IMG/VR virus record: IMGVR_UViG_3300024352_000023
Coordinates: 19,146 to 83,145 of that record
Strand: one strand, 5' to 3'
Source: a virus
Length of the DNA: 64,000 nt
In this document: positions 44,787 through 53,724 of the stretch, in pieces
Layout of the letters: each line of letters begins with the position of its first letter
Numbering within the stretch: position 1 is the first letter of the stretch
Program-made: the position numbers and the translations under genes
Notes under the pieces: model-generated
Seen by the model: only the letters and a program-made list of their open reading frames with translations
Told to the model about the DNA's origin: nothing
Databases searched by the model: none

Positions 44787-45134
44787 TTACTGCATGTAGA
44801 GGTAAGCGCCAGCCCAGTCGGCATTCTTGAGGCAGGTCTCAAACGATACGTCGTCTAACAAGTTGTAGCGCACATGTTTGGCTGGTGCCTTCCATGATGC
44901 TGGCTTGTAGACAGACCCTGTTTGTCTGCCGACGAATGCATGGACTGACGTGTGTTTGCGTTGAGCGTGTGGATTCTCAACGCAGATTAGTTTGTAGTAC
45001 TTGGTCCCACGAACCACTTCGTAGTTAATCGTGGAACCAGGATGTTGTTGCTGAAACTTCTCGATGAGCTTATCGATTAAGCAGTGGATACGTGCTTCGA
45101 TAACCTGCGTTGTTTCAGCGAGTTGTGTGTGCAT
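44787..45134 (-). CDS. Conserved phage protein
   Basis: GTKYYKL, SVHAFV...TG.VYKPASWKAPAKHVRYNL; start uncertain. Confidence 0.75.
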   Translation of the reverse strand: MHTQLAETTQVIEARIHCLIDKLIEKFQQQHPGSTINYEVVRGTKYYKLICVENPHAQRKHTSVHAFVGRQTGSVYKPASWKAPAKHVRYNLLDDVSFETCLKNADWAGAYLYMQ

Positions 45135-45309
45135 TGTTCTGAGGGTTGATATTGGTGATGTCAACGCCGACCATTGCGCCTGCCGTCATGCATGTAATGG
45201 CAATGACGAATAGTGCGCAGATGAAATTAGTACGGCGTGTCTCACGAGACTCACCGTAAGAATCAAGTCTGATGTAACGGTTGCGTCCGAGTCGTGTTGT
45301 GTGTTTCAT
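45115..45309 (-). CDS. Small membrane protein
   Basis: Hydrophobic C-terminal half. Confidence 0.55.
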   Translation of the reverse strand: MKHTTRLGRNRYIRLDSYGESRETRRTNFICALFVIAITCMTAGAMVGVDITNINPQNNAHTTR

Positions 45310-45327
45310 GAGTTGAATGCGATGGAT

Positions 45328-45402
45328 GCAGGAGGTGAGTCCTGCAGAAAACCCACCGTCCGATACGAATTCGTATCAGTGGTAGGGTTATGAGCAGGAG
45401 TC
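45328..45402 (-). repeat. Long hairpin family C, copy 1
   Basis: TCCTGC..AACCC..ACCAC..GATACG hairpin..GACGGT GGGTT..GCAGGA..TCCTGC. Confidence 0.6.
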
Positions 45403-45404
45403 GT

Positions 45405-45788
45405 TTAGAACGGGACTTCTTCCAGTGTGGGTACTGCCTGAGCCCTTGGTTCAACAACAGCCTTGGGCTTGGGTGCTGAGCCAAGTGTTGCCCTCACGTT
45501 CGTAAGAGCAATCTCAGGGTACTTGAGTGGAAGTAGTTGATCATCCTTGGTGTAATGCGTCCGGATGCTAGAGATCCGTACGTCATATTGACTGAGGATG
45601 ATCTGTTGTCCTATCACGAACGTACCGTTGCGATAGGCAGTGAGTAATCCGTTGGAATTGTTAAATTTAATTCGACAGGACCTGTCGTAGGCATCATTGA
45701 CTGCAACTGTAATTGCAAGAAATTCACGACCTTCATGGGTCGCTAATTCCATGTAGCTTACGTTGCCAATGATAGTGCTAGAGAACAT
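45405..45788 (-). CDS. OB-fold/SSB-like protein
   Basis: TIIGNV start, ITVAVN, C-terminal EEVPF. Confidence 0.5.
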   Translation of the reverse strand: MFSSTIIGNVSYMELATHEGREFLAITVAVNDAYDRSCRIKFNNSNGLLTAYRNGTFVIGQQIILSQYDVRISSIRTHYTKDDQLLPLKYPEIALTNVRATLGSAPKPKAVVEPRAQAVPTLEEVPF

Positions 45789-45812
45789 GATTGAGCTGAG
45801 TTGAGTTGATGA

Positions 45813-45888
45813 GCAGGATGTGTAGTCCTGCAGAAAGCCCACCGTCGTAGTACATGTGTACTCAACGGAAGGGCTAAGTGCAGGAGTC
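45813..45888 (-). repeat. Long hairpin family C, copy 2
   Basis: TCCTGC..AGCCC..CCGTT..AGTAC hairpin..GACGG GGGCT..GCAGGA..TCCTGC. Confidence 0.6.
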
Positions 45889-46096
45889 AGGGCTTCACGA
45901 TGTCTGTGTTATGGATACAGAAGTATGTATCGCCAAGAAATCCACGGCTGAATACCAGGTTGTGCCCTGGTCTCTCGTGGCATGTGTTCTTGTGGTGTTG
46001 GTTGATTGCTTTCTGTCCAAAGACAGAGAGGATCATACCCAAGCCAGTGCCAAGAGCAATGGCGATACAAGAGTCAGCGAAGTGATTGTTAGTCAT
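45887..46096 (-). CDS. Small membrane protein
   Basis: N-terminal TM; GFLGDTYFCI. Confidence 0.6.
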   Translation of the reverse strand: MTNNHFADSCIAIALGTGLGMILSVFGQKAINQHHKNTCHERPGHNLVFSRGFLGDTYFCIHNTDIVKP

Positions 46097-46106
46097 GAGT
46101 CAGTGG

Positions 46107-46310
46107 TTAGTTGGAGTAGCAATAGTCGTAGTAGTCACGCATCTCTGCGTATAGATCCTTCACTCCACCTGGGATAAACGGAAGTGTACGTGTCTCGATG
46201 TCGATCCACTTCTCCGTATGTCCACGTTGTTGGAAGTGAAGTTGAGTGGACTCTCCTCCGTACCACGCTACGCGAGTACGGTCGTCACACTCTGGTTGAA
46301 AGGTGAGCAT
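46107..46310 (-). CDS. Hypothetical protein (first gene of the leftward block)
   Basis: 67 aa. Confidence 0.55.
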   Translation of the reverse strand: MLTFQPECDDRTRVAWYGGESTQLHFQQRGHTEKWIDIETRTLPFIPGGVKDLYAEMRDYYDYCYSN

Positions 46311-46337
46311 GAGATGAATGGAACGAGATAGAACGTC

Positions 46338-46361
46338 GCTACGTTTAACGTCCAGCTCGAC
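46338..46361 (-). ncRNA. Leader pseudoknot repeat, divergent copy 8
   Basis: GTCGAGCTGGACGTTAAACGTAGC. Confidence 0.5.
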
Positions 46362-46733
46362 GTAAGTTCAATGTATAACTTGAAGATTAAACCTGGTTAT
46401 AATCAAACCGTTCTTCCTCGAGAACCAAGGGGTGGAGCGCCGTTCCCCCAAATGCGCGATATTAATTCGTATCAAATCGGGTCATTCGAACGCTCGCTGC
46501 TAATAAAACAGAACAGATTGTTATGATTTCGTGACATGTCATCGCTCATTCTTTAAACTCACTCGCTCTTCCTGGCACTCAATCATCAACCCTTTCTTTT
46601 TTTCTATACGCAACTCGCGTCGCACGGGGTGTGGGAGAAGCGTCAGGAAATTTTATATCCTTTTTGGGGTCCTATAGGGCCGCCCCTTGTTATTTTTGTC
46701 ATGTTTTCTAGGACTTTGCCCAAGAATTTAGAC

Positions 46734-46757
46734 AAAAAAACCGGGGTCTTGCCCCGG
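46734..46757 (-). terminator. Intrinsic terminator
   Basis: CCGGGG/CCCCGG stem plus 7 U on the minus strand, after 46790-46999. Confidence 0.7.
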
Positions 46758-46789
46758 TATACAAAAGTTAAATAATTTTAAAAATTATA

Positions 46790-46999
46790 TTATTTATTTG
46801 ACTCCACAAAACGGGAAGCCGCAGCGTAAGCCTTGGCATATTTCTCAGGTTCCGGTCGTTCTTCCGCTAATTTCTGCCTGGAACCTGCAATAAATGCACC
46901 AACTTCTACGTCATTGGCTCCAGCTTTCTTTAAATCGTCGGCAGCATCAGCAATTGCGTAGAGTGCCGTCGCTTTTTCTAACTTATTTTTAGGATCCAT
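46790..46999 (-). CDS. Hypothetical protein
   Basis: 69 aa with its own terminator. Confidence 0.6.
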   Translation of the reverse strand: MDPKNKLEKATALYAIADAADDLKKAGANDVEVGAFIAGSRQKLAEERPEPEKYAKAYAAASRFVESNK

Positions 47000-47119
47000 G
47001 GCGTCAGTGCCGTGTTTTCTCGCTGATTCTTTTGGTAATAGTCTACTGTACTTACTTTTTTCCTAAATTCCTCCCAGTAAAATACAAATAACAAGAAATA
47101 TTGAGTCAATAAAAGTTCA

Positions 47120-48826
47120 ATGGCGTTATCCCCTGCTGATTTTGCCGCCTACAGCCGCGCCACTGGTACTCCATACCCAGAAGATCCGGAGGAAAGGGCT
47201 GCTTTAGCCCCGGCAGTACGTGATTTTCGCCAGAGTCAACTCCGTCAGCAGGAAAGTGGCCCGAATTTAGGTGCACTTGCGGGTCTTGCAGCGGCAGGTC
47301 TGGGTATTTTGGGTCTTGGTCTGGCGGCCAAGCGTGGATTTGGTGCGAGAGCTGCCGGTGGTGGTCGCAAAGGGGGAGTAACGCTTACTGATTTGAGTGT
47401 TCCGGACGCACGTGACGTGAATGTTGCCAAAATTGCGGATGTCCCACCCTCAAAAACCGTAAGCCGCAGCCTGGTACCAACAGAAGCGGAGGCAATGGCG
47501 CAATATGGGCGTCAATTAGCTGAAACCTTCCCTGAACCCACGGCACTTGAGATGGAATCGCTCAGTGCACCTTCTCGTACCAGCAAAATCCTTGCTCGTT
47601 TGGGTACTGCGCCTCAATATCGCCCAGATCCGAAGGATATCAACTATGCACGCTTCGGTCCGGTGTCACCAGAGGTCGCTGCCGCCCGTCGTGAGCAAGC
47701 AACGCAGGATCTATTGCGTTTTGCGCAGCAGCGCCAGGAAGATGCAGCACTTGTCGCGACACAAACCATTAGTGCCCTTGAATCTGGAGAAGATCAGATC
47801 ACCGGGCGGACGATGCTTGGTGCACAACGCAACGAAGATCTAGATCTTGCGCAAGTCAACAGTGTTGCCCGGCAAACCGGTAGTGCAGACCTCGCATTGT
47901 CGATGACACCTGACGGTGTTCCAGCAGATCAAGTTGAATTACTTCAGCCTATTACCGCGCAGGAACTTGCCGATCAAGCGAAGGAAGAAATGATCGCTCG
48001 CCGCCAATCATTGGAATTGGCAGGCTTACAACCTGGCACCGTACGTTTTGAACGGGCACTTGCTCAGCCATTCCGTACATCCAGCTCTCAACAGATCACT
48101 GGCACGCAACCAATCGAGTTTAGTTTGCCAGCAGGCCCCATTCGCCGCACAGTTGAGTCGGTCGGTGCGCAAGAGCCGTTGATCGAAAGGTCGGTCCTTA
48201 ATGTTGGACCTCAAGCTGTTGTTACGTCTACGGCAGCTGGCACTGCAATCCGTGGTTCGTCCCCCAGTTACCACGAAGCACTACCAAAGCAGTCCTTACG
48301 TCAGCTGTACGGCACTGCCGAGCCTTTAGTGCCAGGTGCGCCTGATGAACTTGCGCTTGATTTACCTGGTACGGCAAGGGTGCGTGGGGTTGTTCCAGAT
48401 GTGGAACCGCAGTTTTTATCAAAGCAGGAAATCCAGTACGGCGTTCTTGATCGCCCAGAAACCCCTGGTCCTGCCGGCGGGTCTGCTGGTATTGGAATCT
48501 ATGGCGTAGAACCGGGTTACGTCCCTGGTGCTGTTAGCAAAGCAACTGGTGAGTACAGCGAGGCTGCGTCCCGCAAACCAAGTTACGTTCCAGGTTGGCT
48601 GCAGAAGCAACAAAATAAAACCGGCTTTGAAGCTCTGACCAGCACACAGCTTGCGACGGCGGCGGCTAATGCTCAAGCTCCACGTATTCAAGTTGCTCTT
48701 GAGAAAGAGCTTACACAACGTGAAGTTTCTAAGCGTAGTCTTGAGGTAAGTGAAATTGCACGTCGAGCTATAATTGAAGGACGCGATCCGCAAGCAATCT
48801 TACGTCAACGCGGTTTTAGTGTTTAA
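47120..48826 (+). CDS. Hypothetical protein, probable internal virion protein
   Basis: 568 aa, Ala/Pro/Gln-rich, N-terminal hydrophobic GALAGLAAAGLGILGLGL; first gene of the late block. Confidence 0.7.
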   Translation: MALSPADFAAYSRATGTPYPEDPEERAALAPAVRDFRQSQLRQQESGPNLGALAGLAAAGLGILGLGLAAKRGFGARAAGGGRKGGVTLTDLSVPDARDVNVAKIADVPPSKTVSRSLVPTEAEAMAQYGRQLAETFPEPTALEMESLSAPSRTSKILARLGTAPQYRPDPKDINYARFGPVSPEVAAARREQATQDLLRFAQQRQEDAALVATQTISALESGEDQITGRTMLGAQRNEDLDLAQVNSVARQTGSADLALSMTPDGVPADQVELLQPITAQELADQAKEEMIARRQSLELAGLQPGTVRFERALAQPFRTSSSQQITGTQPIEFSLPAGPIRRTVESVGAQEPLIERSVLNVGPQAVVTSTAAGTAIRGSSPSYHEALPKQSLRQLYGTAEPLVPGAPDELALDLPGTARVRGVVPDVEPQFLSKQEIQYGVLDRPETPGPAGGSAGIGIYGVEPGYVPGAVSKATGEYSEAASRKPSYVPGWLQKQQNKTGFEALTSTQLATAAANAQAPRIQVALEKELTQREVSKRSLEVSEIARRAIIEGRDPQAILRQRGFSV

Positions 48827-48828
48827 TC

Positions 48829-49053
48829 ATGGCTGACAAGAAGAAGAAAGACAAGAAGTGGATTCAAGGCATGGACATGAAGGAAGGCGCCTTCACTGCC
48901 AAAGCCAAGCGCAAAGGTATTACCTCTGCTCAGCTGCAGGCAAACGTCCTTTCCAATCCAGATAAATACGATGAAAAGACCGTGAAACAAGCACGGCTTC
49001 GTAAAACGCTAGTAGGCTTGAAGAAGAATAAAGACAGCAAACAGGAAGGCTGA
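48829..49053 (+). CDS. Small basic protein
   Basis: KKWIQ....KEGAFT.KAK...KQARL.KTL pattern seen in phage proteins. Confidence 0.7.
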   Translation: MADKKKKDKKWIQGMDMKEGAFTAKAKRKGITSAQLQANVLSNPDKYDEKTVKQARLRKTLVGLKKNKDSKQEG

Positions 49054-49583
49054 TGGCTAAGGACCACAGGCTTGAGTTAGATCGTTATCTTGACTACGGT
49101 AAAGATCTTTTTACCAAACGAAAGAACCTCAATTTTGATGAGCTTTTTTCGGTTAAAGCAGACAGCGGTGTAGCTCCCTGGACCCTAAACCGCTTTGATA
49201 GTACGGACCTTCTGCGTCGTATCCAGACGCGTAAGCTTCAGCTCAACCCCGGTCTTCAGCAGGTAGGCGATGATACGGGCGAGATTGAAGTCTTTGCTGG
49301 CATCGGTCGTTTTAACCGTGAGAAGGATTACGACTTCGTCAATGGACGTGCTTTAACTAATCAACGTCCAGAAGAACAACCTGGTTTTAATCCTGTGTGG
49401 GGCGAGTACTATTCCCTTAGCCCAACACTTAACCCTGGCAAGCGTGCATCCAATCCAATGCCACGTGCCAAGAATCCAGATCCTAAGGGTTACATCATGG
49501 CTCAGATGGAAACCAAAGCTAAGAATGAACTGGAAGGTGATAAGAGTGTCGCCCAGCTTCTCGCTGGTGACGAAGAGGATTAA
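49053..49583 (+). CDS. Hypothetical protein
   Basis: Coupled start/stop. Confidence 0.7.
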   Translation: MAKDHRLELDRYLDYGKDLFTKRKNLNFDELFSVKADSGVAPWTLNRFDSTDLLRRIQTRKLQLNPGLQQVGDDTGEIEVFAGIGRFNREKDYDFVNGRALTNQRPEEQPGFNPVWGEYYSLSPTLNPGKRASNPMPRAKNPDPKGYIMAQMETKAKNELEGDKSVAQLLAGDEED

Positions 49584-49620
49584 GTCCTAGCAATTTATAA
49601 TGAGTAAAAAGGATAGATAA

Positions 49621-50145
49621 ATGAAGCTTGCGGGCCTGCGTAAATTCATAGGAGAAAATATTGGTAGCGTTACAAAGAACGTTTTACCAGGCACCGCCTT
49701 AAGCGCAGGTTTCGGCATGCTGGCCGGTGGTCCTACCGCTGGTCTGACCTACGCAGCAACTGATGTCCTTGGCTCACTACCAGCGACAATGCTCGGACGT
49801 TACGCCGCACGGAATATCAAAAGCCCTGGCATGCGTAATGCCATTGAAGGTGTGGCCAACGTAGCCGGTTCCATTGGCGGCAGTATCCTTGGCAGTGAAC
49901 TTCTTGCCGGTGGCCAGCAGCAACAGATCGCCCAACAGATCGAACAACGCTCTGTTGTGAATGATTTGCCGCTTGCGTCCCAGATCTCAGAGCTGTCCCC
50001 TGGTACTCAATACCAACTGACTGGTTTACCTTCCAGCCAGCCGTTTGAGCAGCTGTTAAGTCAGATGCCACGTAATTCGTGGACGCAGTATTTAAGTCCA
50101 GAAGATCAAGCGATGCTTCAGGGCGTTATTAATCCGAGGCTGTGA
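49621..50145 (+). CDS. Gly/Ala-rich probable virion protein
   Basis: Glycine-zipper-like hydrophobic segments. Confidence 0.65.
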   Translation: MKLAGLRKFIGENIGSVTKNVLPGTALSAGFGMLAGGPTAGLTYAATDVLGSLPATMLGRYAARNIKSPGMRNAIEGVANVAGSIGGSILGSELLAGGQQQQIAQQIEQRSVVNDLPLASQISELSPGTQYQLTGLPSSQPFEQLLSQMPRNSWTQYLSPEDQAMLQGVINPRL

Positions 50146-50146
50146 C

Positions 50147-51094
50147 ATGTTTCAAGATTTCCTCAACAAAGTCACTACAGCCAAGCAAGAGTTAATGACT
50201 GGTGCCCGCAAGAGTGCGGAAGCCAGCAAGATTGCGTACGAGAAAGGGGAATACAGTCCGTCTATCCTTAAGGACATCCCAGGACTTCGTGGTGAGTACC
50301 ACCAACAGTTAAAGAGTCTTGGTGTTTCGATGAGCGAGACGCCGGCCCAAGCAGTCGGCGCCTTCGGCGCTCGTCTTCTTACGGACTTAACGAACGATGG
50401 TACCCGTGGTATTTATTGGCGTTATAACCATCCACTTGCCGTCTTAGGTGCAACGGCAGAAGCAGCGATTGGTAAAGAGGCCTACAAGGAGCTGGGACCA
50501 ACCAAAACAGGTTTAATTACTGCAAGTATCGCTGTACCTGCAACGGCACTTGCTGGGGCGTATAACCTGGCCAATCCTGGCGAAATGTTTAGGCCCAAGG
50601 GTTTTGCTCAGGCGTATGCAGAAGAAGGTTCAGAAGATCGCCGTCAAACCAGCCAGCCGGTACCAGAGTTGTTTGAACGTTTCTTCTTAGGACGTACTGG
50701 TCGTCCTTTAAATTATGAAACAGCAAAAGAAGATATTCCTTCCTTAACACCAGAACGTTACACAAACTATTTGCGTAATTACTACCAAGACAAAGGATTC
50801 CTTGGTCTCATCAAAGGCACCTCTGAGAACTTAGAAGGCGTTCCTGAAGTGCGGATGCTTGGTTATCCCGTCACCATTCCATCGGTTACTACAGCGGCTG
50901 GTGGCATTGTTGGTGCAACCGTTGGTATTCGCACTGCACCTCTTGTTAAGAATGCATTCCGCCGTGGCTTAGCCGGCGCTGCACTTGGTGCTGGTGCAGG
51001 TGTGATTACCGGTAACTTGGCTAATGCAGCACTTGCTGCTAAACCTGTAGAGAATCAGTTACCTACCACTGCTCAGTATGAAATGATGCAGTGA
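50147..51094 (+). CDS. Probable virion protein
   Basis: 315 aa, C-terminal glycine zippers. Confidence 0.7.
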   Translation: MFQDFLNKVTTAKQELMTGARKSAEASKIAYEKGEYSPSILKDIPGLRGEYHQQLKSLGVSMSETPAQAVGAFGARLLTDLTNDGTRGIYWRYNHPLAVLGATAEAAIGKEAYKELGPTKTGLITASIAVPATALAGAYNLANPGEMFRPKGFAQAYAEEGSEDRRQTSQPVPELFERFFLGRTGRPLNYETAKEDIPSLTPERYTNYLRNYYQDKGFLGLIKGTSENLEGVPEVRMLGYPVTIPSVTTAAGGIVGATVGIRTAPLVKNAFRRGLAGAALGAGAGVITGNLANAALAAKPVENQLPTTAQYEMMQ

Positions 51095-51126
51095 TAGAAT
51101 TTATTCTATAAAAGACTTATTTATAA

Positions 51127-52026
51127 ATGACGCCGCAAGAGTTAGCCGCCATGCAGGCGGGCTTAGATCCACGAGCTTACTATCAGGATCCTTATGCAGC
51201 TGCGCGTGCTGGTCTCATTGATCCTGAAACGTTGCCAACTCGTGGTGCAACAACCATCATTCCCCGTGGTCCACAATTAACTGCTGGCCAACAAGCTCAG
51301 CAGTTTGCAACTTCTGCTCTTAAAAAGGTACGTGGTGGCTTAGAAGCAGCAGGTACCGCCCTTGGCGCTGTCCCTACGGGCCGTCTTGGTTTAATTGGTG
51401 GCATGGTGGCCCCGGTAATGGGGGCAATTGAGGAGGCACAGGCTGGTCGTCCTACCGGTGCTGCGGGTGCATTGCTCGGTGGTGGTGCTGGTGTGGCAGC
51501 GGGGGCGGCAATTGCTAAGGCACTTCCTGGCCCCTACGGCAAGATTGCTTCTGCCGTACTGCCTGCTATCGGTGGCATGCTTGGTGCTCCAGTGGCAGCA
51601 CAGGCGTCTGAATCGTTCCGTCAGAAAGCTACTGGTGAACCCACCAAAGGTAAGGAAGGTGAGTTCTCCACTCAGATGGCAATGGCCCAGCAGATGGGTG
51701 AACTGGGCGCTACCCAATATCGCAATCAGATGGGCACTTACACCAGTGCCATGAAGGATCTGTCGAAGCACTATTCGGATCAAGCTTATTACGACCTCCA
51801 GCGCAATGTTCCGATCATTGAGAAGATGAAGAACAGTGAGCTGATTCGTCAACAAGCTCTGATGAACACCCAAGGTCAGCTTCAGAGCCAGCTTGGTGTG
51901 CTTGCGACCGCTGGTGCTCTGGCACAAGGTGCACAAGCTGAGACCGGTGCAACACTTCGTACCGCACTGACCGCCGCTCCTTACGCAGGTTCTGTTCTGC
52001 AGGCTCCCCAAATTCGCTTTGGTTGA
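51127..52026 (+). CDS. Gly/Ala/Gln-rich probable virion (ejection-type) protein
   Basis: GAAGALLGGGAGVAAGAAIA glycine zipper. Confidence 0.7.
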   Translation: MTPQELAAMQAGLDPRAYYQDPYAAARAGLIDPETLPTRGATTIIPRGPQLTAGQQAQQFATSALKKVRGGLEAAGTALGAVPTGRLGLIGGMVAPVMGAIEEAQAGRPTGAAGALLGGGAGVAAGAAIAKALPGPYGKIASAVLPAIGGMLGAPVAAQASESFRQKATGEPTKGKEGEFSTQMAMAQQMGELGATQYRNQMGTYTSAMKDLSKHYSDQAYYDLQRNVPIIEKMKNSELIRQQALMNTQGQLQSQLGVLATAGALAQGAQAETGATLRTALTAAPYAGSVLQAPQIRFG

Positions 52027-52031
52027 TTAAT

Positions 52032-52562
52032 ATGGCTGATCCCCTGCTTCCTTTTAGACTGTCTCAAGTCAATTATTCGATGCCAGGGATTAAACCCCTG
52101 GATTTGAATTCCAATACCACTGGCCTTGCCGTTGGTACTGGCTTTGCTTTGGGGACAGAGCCTCCTCTTGCTGGTCGCTACGCAGAAGCGGTGAGTGAAC
52201 CACGCAAGAAGACGGCGGCTGAGAAGATGAAAGAAACCCTGGAGGCAGCGGGTATTGATCCCAATACTCCAATGGGTGGCATGTTTGCCCTCAACTTACT
52301 TAATAAGTACGAAGAACAAGATATTGATAAGTTAAAAGAACAGGGTGAGTACTTCTTCGATCTGATTCAACGCAACGCAGATCGCGCCCAAGAGCGTGCT
52401 AAGGAAGCAACTGTGATTGCTGGTTTGGTTAATCTGCCAACCCAATTCGAGAAAGCAATGGATCGTCGTTATACCTTCTTCCCTGAAACCTTACAGATGG
52501 TGAGGGAGAACGTGATGAAACCATCGTACTTCTCCGGTAATACGATTGCTCAATACCTATAA
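52032..52562 (+). CDS. Probable virion protein carrying LAGRY
   Basis: ATG 52032 (MADP). Confidence 0.65.
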   Translation: MADPLLPFRLSQVNYSMPGIKPLDLNSNTTGLAVGTGFALGTEPPLAGRYAEAVSEPRKKTAAEKMKETLEAAGIDPNTPMGGMFALNLLNKYEEQDIDKLKEQGEYFFDLIQRNADRAQERAKEATVIAGLVNLPTQFEKAMDRRYTFFPETLQMVRENVMKPSYFSGNTIAQYL

Positions 52563-52589
52563 GTAAAATAGATATCAACGGAGATAAAC

Positions 52590-53039
52590 ATGGACTTCTT
52601 TACTAATCCTTCTTTTGGTATTGATACCGCCGGTGCTTTCGGTGGCATGGGCGATGCTTTAGGTGGTGGCGGCTTCACGGGTGGTTTTGGTGGATTGAAC
52701 GTAGGTGGTTTCACCGGTTCTGTTCCAAGCTACGGTGGCGGCGGTGGTGGTGGGTTTGGGGGGCTGGCGACCCTTCTTGCAGGTAGCCTTGGTAATACCC
52801 TCCTGGGGCAATCAAACACCCAAGCTTCTGCTGCTAATGCCATGGGTACTGGCATTGGTATGTTCGATGTCAATGCTGGTGTAACTGCTGCTAATCGTCG
52901 TCGTTCCTTGTTTGACGAAACGCAAGCACCGATTATTGCTTCCAGGATCAAGATGAATCCCGATTATCGTCGCGGTCAACTGCGTGATACTTTACTGAAT
53001 CCTGGTCTTGCTGGTCGATACGCTGCGTTAGTTGCTTGA
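52590..53039 (+). CDS. Gly-rich probable virion protein carrying LAGRY
   Basis: GGAG RBS, GGF repeats. Confidence 0.7.
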   Translation: MDFFTNPSFGIDTAGAFGGMGDALGGGGFTGGFGGLNVGGFTGSVPSYGGGGGGGFGGLATLLAGSLGNTLLGQSNTQASAANAMGTGIGMFDVNAGVTAANRRRSLFDETQAPIIASRIKMNPDYRRGQLRDTLLNPGLAGRYAALVA

Positions 53040-53087
53040 TCAACAGACGTTAAAATAAGAAGATAAAAGAAGAGATCGTTTGTAGAG

Positions 53088-53720
53088 ATGTCTTTAAACT
53101 ATGCCGGGGCAGCGGGGGGAGCGCTATCAGGTGCGGCCACTGGATCCGTCTTTGGTCCAATCGGTACAATTGGAGGCGCCCTTGTTGGCGGCATCTCTAG
53201 TCTTTTTGGTGGCGGGGGCACTCAATTCCTTCCTTCCGAATTGATGCAACGTTACATGGATATTGGACTTGCTGATGTCAAGCCCAAAAAATGGAAAAAA
53301 GAACTTGATATTGAAGACGCCAAGATGTATCTCCGCTCTGGAGATCGTGGAGCATATGAAAATCAACTACGTAATCTTGTAGAGCTTTACCCAACTGAAA
53401 CGCGGTATGCCAAGGCACTTCGTCGTAGCCTGAAAAAAGACGTTGATCTAGCAAATCGTGGATTTGATATTGCGGATCAGTTGTATGAAAACGTTGGTCT
53501 TACTTTCACGGATCAAGAATACCGTGACATGGCTGATCGCGCAAAGCGCTCAGGCATCCGTGGGCCTTCTGCTTTTGGTGACTTTTTAACGAAGAATCTC
53601 ATGGCACAAGGCAAGATGCTGACGCCACAACAAGAACAACTGAGTTACATCTTTGGCGGTCGCGCCTTCCCTCGTACGTCTGAGGGTTACTATATGACTT
53701 ACGGTTCTACCGCAAAATAA
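53088..53720 (+). CDS. Probable ejection/pilot-like protein
   Basis: N-terminal GAAGGALSGAATGSVFGPIGTIGGALVGG zipper typical of DNA-injection proteins. Confidence 0.65.
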   Translation: MSLNYAGAAGGALSGAATGSVFGPIGTIGGALVGGISSLFGGGGTQFLPSELMQRYMDIGLADVKPKKWKKELDIEDAKMYLRSGDRGAYENQLRNLVELYPTETRYAKALRRSLKKDVDLANRGFDIADQLYENVGLTFTDQEYRDMADRAKRSGIRGPSAFGDFLTKNLMAQGKMLTPQQEQLSYIFGGRAFPRTSEGYYMTYGSTAK

Positions 53721-53724
53721 AATC

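Noticed and set aside
28030-46361. The 26-nt repeat as a CRISPR array or phage-RNAP promoter
   Set aside because: Copies are kilobases apart with no cas genes, the variation is compensatory rather than positional, and no RNA polymerase gene is in the window
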